Shown: piece by piece, positions 6,701-8,071 of the stretch
How positions within the stretch are numbered: position 1 is the first letter of the stretch
How the letters are laid out: each line of letters begins with the position of its first letter
Source of the DNA: Promethearchaeota archaeon
GTDB lineage: Archaea > Asgardarchaeota > Thorarchaeia > Thorarchaeales > Thorarchaeaceae
DNA: 8,071 nucleotides
NCBI GenBank assembly: GCA_027031765.1
Contig: JALVPN010000091.1
Coordinates: 25,572-33,642, forward strand
Direction: 5' to 3'
Notes under the pieces: model-generated
Seen by the model: only the letters and a program-made list of their open reading frames with translations
What the model was told of the DNA's origin: nothing
Databases searched by the model: none
Program-made: the position numbers and the translations under genes

Positions 6701-8071
6701 CGGCAGGGCGTACGTGCAGACTACAACTACACCTACTGGAACCTGGTGGTCTTGCCAGAGCCAGCATATCCAAAACCGTACACGGAGTTCCAGTCGAGCT
6801 ATAGCTTTGAACAGCGGTGGTGGTACAAGAACTTCACCTTCACCTTCGACTACTGGAACCGGACAGGTAGCGAGTCGTCCTCAGTCCTGACCAACGTGAC
6901 GTACGACGCTACCACATTCGTGATGTTCAAGATATTCATGGGCAGCACCCTGATAGGACAGGACGTATGGACCACCACAACATCGCAGTACATCACCTGT
7001 CATGCCAACATCCACACGTTCAATGCAACAATCGACCTTGTGCACTGGGCCCTCAATGCGAGCGACACACCGTACCGCATTGTGGTGTCTGCCCACACGT
7101 ACGGCTACGCTGACCCCAAGGAACTCGTCATATACCTGACCGTGTTGGAGGCTGAAACCACCGCGGGCTCCGATACGGGTGGTTCAATTGTTGAGTACTA
7201 CAAGATGCACAGTGCGCACCTGTTCTGGCTCAACGACACGAAAAATGGTGGCAATGTGAGCAGTCTGGACACCCACTCCTACTCGGTGCACCTTGGGCTG
7301 ACCGTACTACGCTCAGGACAGCTGACCGACAATGGCAATGGGACATACACACTGCCCGCCAGTGCCCTCCACGGCCTCGATGTGGGCACCTACGTTCTGA
7401 TTGCGAACCTGACCAAGCAGAACTTCGAGTCGGCTGTGCTCAGCATCGAGGTCACAATACGTGAGGTGCCAATGGCTGTCGACATCTCGCCGCACGCCTC
7501 CTACGAGTGGTCACTGGCGGCGGACCAGCTCCTCTTCAGGTACAACATCGCCAGCAACGGCACCACGCCCGACCTAGGAGGTATTTCCGTTACCATTGTG
7601 TGGATCAACCACACCTCTGGCACCGAGTACCTCACGGTCGAGAGGACTCTCAGCCTTAGTGGTGGGGACTATATCTACTCGTTCACACGCAATGTGGTGC
7701 CTGTCGGCCAGTGGGAGGTCAGGGTCACATGCAAGGCCGACAACTATGCAGAGGCGTCAGATGTGCTGGTCTACATCACGGTCTCTGCCGCAGCGACCAC
7801 TGCAACACCCGACCACGCGTCGGTGTCGGTGGACTGGGGCTCTGATGCGACGTTCGATGTGGCCTTCTCCAGAAACAGCGACTCTGCCGGTCTTGCTGGT
7901 GCTACTGTGACCCACAACTGGACCCAGCCCATAATCATCACCGACCTCGGCGACGGCCACTACACGGTGGTTGCAAAGACGCTTCTTGAGGCAGGCACAT
8001 ACACGCTGCACCTGACGTTCAGCACGGCGAACCACCAGGACGCGAGCGTCGACCTCTCAGTGGTCATATAC
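3743..8071 (+). CDS. Giant exported or cell-surface multidomain glycoprotein (adhesin/S-layer-like), 3'-truncated, >1443 aa
   Basis: Manual translation from ATG 3743 shows no stop through nt 8071 (1443 codons). It is missing from the ORF track, presumably because the stop lies outside the window. SD-like GGGGGGTGA at 3729-3737. Signal peptide MVRVERVAVLVVLAVLMALPSIGG. DUF2341-like PWWNTSFAYRRYYNIT...YYIYYS (3908-4201), then beta-rich repeats. About 34 N-X-S/T sequons by manual count. Confidence 0.92.
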   Translation, partial: MVRVERVAVLVVLAVLMALPSIGGNNTTSPRDDALVPDLLIGGPHHETASAQDTVPWWNTSFAYRRYYNITEPGISARHNTPVHLSLTFAPGHCYRGSIRVLYYDGVSWATRPFQVWNVTYDATGDYILSARVSFLVNVSKSGVQQNYYIYYSKNDVGTVSYPDFYPFVYKTYTYSLLELASYYDNNNYEVLMWDSAAQQWDDPRNVDSQWASATGIIQSGVVTNVPTGTLNKYQNVRIEPNVAYTNTAFLGSYMVRSNYPLAFTAGSGHKNSNPAVNDWYPNVDEIGWGVGTRFIIGGVSGFDNYYEGKYWVQAQTNNTRVWVWTVSETPDTNWYFYNGSAVSSWPAILHAGEYISKKRVNYQTFYMVNATGLISVRSGDVDAAYSRDVMGFYPAVTGLLVGNEFYTIDMGHSSDRTRITNIGTSAVSVTVYRNSGSGWTQIATPLIAANSHYDVPNGVASDSNPEDVLHIVAPAGAKLMVEGTYNPGGRSDHGDWFPTTGGYRFGTHFTIWGFSQSKFFIFAWENAQVTITGSNGGTLQIPAGGADTFLPLSSSPSLYTVTSNATIGIVRASRFYTSAPYGPRGDQGYGWMVPVYSPEGDEHGVTVTESPERHLFEFDIVVTDLDGAAISGATVTLYDPATHQVWLDDNGLNRTGVSDANGRVVFEGLNNMTYEIRTRIDAATWLSTSYSHVWVTDTSNHAMTATVTDVQITLNIATVYVHLNDLNGESMDDTVDEDILMKMCNDTSDDSQYIHIAQANGTGWLEFPRVPVPQTEYYFRARYAGAHSWNSYSYDQLKQFANWNVSAADFASGSFTEHWALPLVTLQIHVHSWDNLPVPNAYVELNNTMDEQAYRINPQTTDSNGNVTLRRVVSGTWKLNVWREDDFGLEVRNNTAAIVLHNVQSYTAFTVQLRLTRLNVVVKYGAEQNNVEGATVKVYLNNETLVATGQTDSSGEVVFKWIRGNMSSPHWWYTIDVAKGTSNVTRQGVRADYNYTYWNLVVLPEPAYPKPYTEFQSSYSFEQRWWYKNFTFTFDYWNRTGSESSSVLTNVTYDATTFVMFKIFMGSTLIGQDVWTTTTSQYITCHANIHTFNATIDLVHWALNASDTPYRIVVSAHTYGYADPKELVIYLTVLEAETTAGSDTGGSIVEYYKMHSAHLFWLNDTKNGGNVSSLDTHSYSVHLGLTVLRSGQLTDNGNGTYTLPASALHGLDVGTYVLIANLTKQNFESAVLSIEVTIREVPMAVDISPHASYEWSLAADQLLFRYNIASNGTTPDLGGISVTIVWINHTSGTEYLTVERTLSLSGGDYIYSFTRNVVPVGQWEVRVTCKADNYAEASDVLVYITVSAAATTATPDHASVSVDWGSDATFDVAFSRNSDSAGLAGATVTHNWTQPIIITDLGDGHYTVVAKTLLEAGTYTLHLTFSTANHQDASVDLSVVIY
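4232..5527 (+). repeat. Four degenerate ~100-115 aa protein repeats, IgGFc-binding (FCGBP N-terminal)-like
   Basis: Boundary motifs DFYP (4232), DWYP (4577), GFYP (4916), DWFP (5228) and GWMVP (5513). Internal motifs TLNKYQ/ILHAGEY/LIAANSH/QIPAGG and MVRSNYPLA/MVNATGLIS/TVTSNATIG. No clear DNA-level repeat. Confidence 0.55.
5591..6760 (+). repeat. Four tandem carboxypeptidase-regulatory-like / transthyretin-like beta-sandwich domains
   Basis: Units start near 5591 (VVTDLDGAAISGATVTL...SDANGRVVF), 5894 (HLNDLNGESM...ANGTGWLEF), 6212 (HVHSWDNLPVPNAYVEL...TDSNGNVTL) and 6488 (NNVEGATVKV...TDSSGEVVF). Confidence 0.65.
7150..8071 (+). repeat. Tandem ~100-aa Ig-like stalk repeats
   Basis: Recurring hairpin motif DNGNGTYT (7328), SGGDYIY (~7658) and DLGDGHYT (7943), each followed by a G-T/Q-Y/W-x-hydrophobic strand and an N-Y/F/H-E/Q-x-A segment. 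Boundaries are approximate. Confidence 0.55.

Noticed and set aside
3910-8035. Many short + and - strand ORFs in the track (for example 4321-4884, 4379-4795, 5150-5587, 6268-6642, 7596-7910)
   Set aside because: They are alternate-frame or antisense shadows of the giant frame-2 CDS, with Arg/Ser/Thr/Pro-skewed composition and no recognisable motifs.
1-8071. CRISPR arrays, IS elements, integrases, rRNA or tRNA genes, DNA tandem repeats
   Set aside because: None seen by eye. The repeats present are degenerate and protein-level only.

Overview
GC-rich, gene-dense window with five CDSs, all on the + strand. Gene content and signals look archaeal and most resemble Asgard/Thorarchaeota (inference, no marker gene here). 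Block 1 (<2-2382) is a metabolic operon. It holds the 3' end of a PycB/OadA-family carboxyltransferase with no biotinyl domain but with an epsilon/PccX-like tail, an overlapping stand-alone biotin carrier protein (EAMKM), and an SCP2/archaeal-type thiolase-fold protein whose catalytic cysteines are replaced. A 192-nt intergenic region carries an AT-rich TATA-like island and a possibly structured leader. Block 2 (2575->8071) is a 388-aa protein with a longin/uDENN-like N-terminus and two winged-helix domains. It is followed after 1 nt by a giant exported glycoprotein (>1443 aa, open to the window edge, absent from the ORF track) made of DUF2341-like, IgGFc-binding-like, carboxypeptidase-regulatory-like and Ig-like modules. 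All domain calls come from motif recognition by eye, not database searches.
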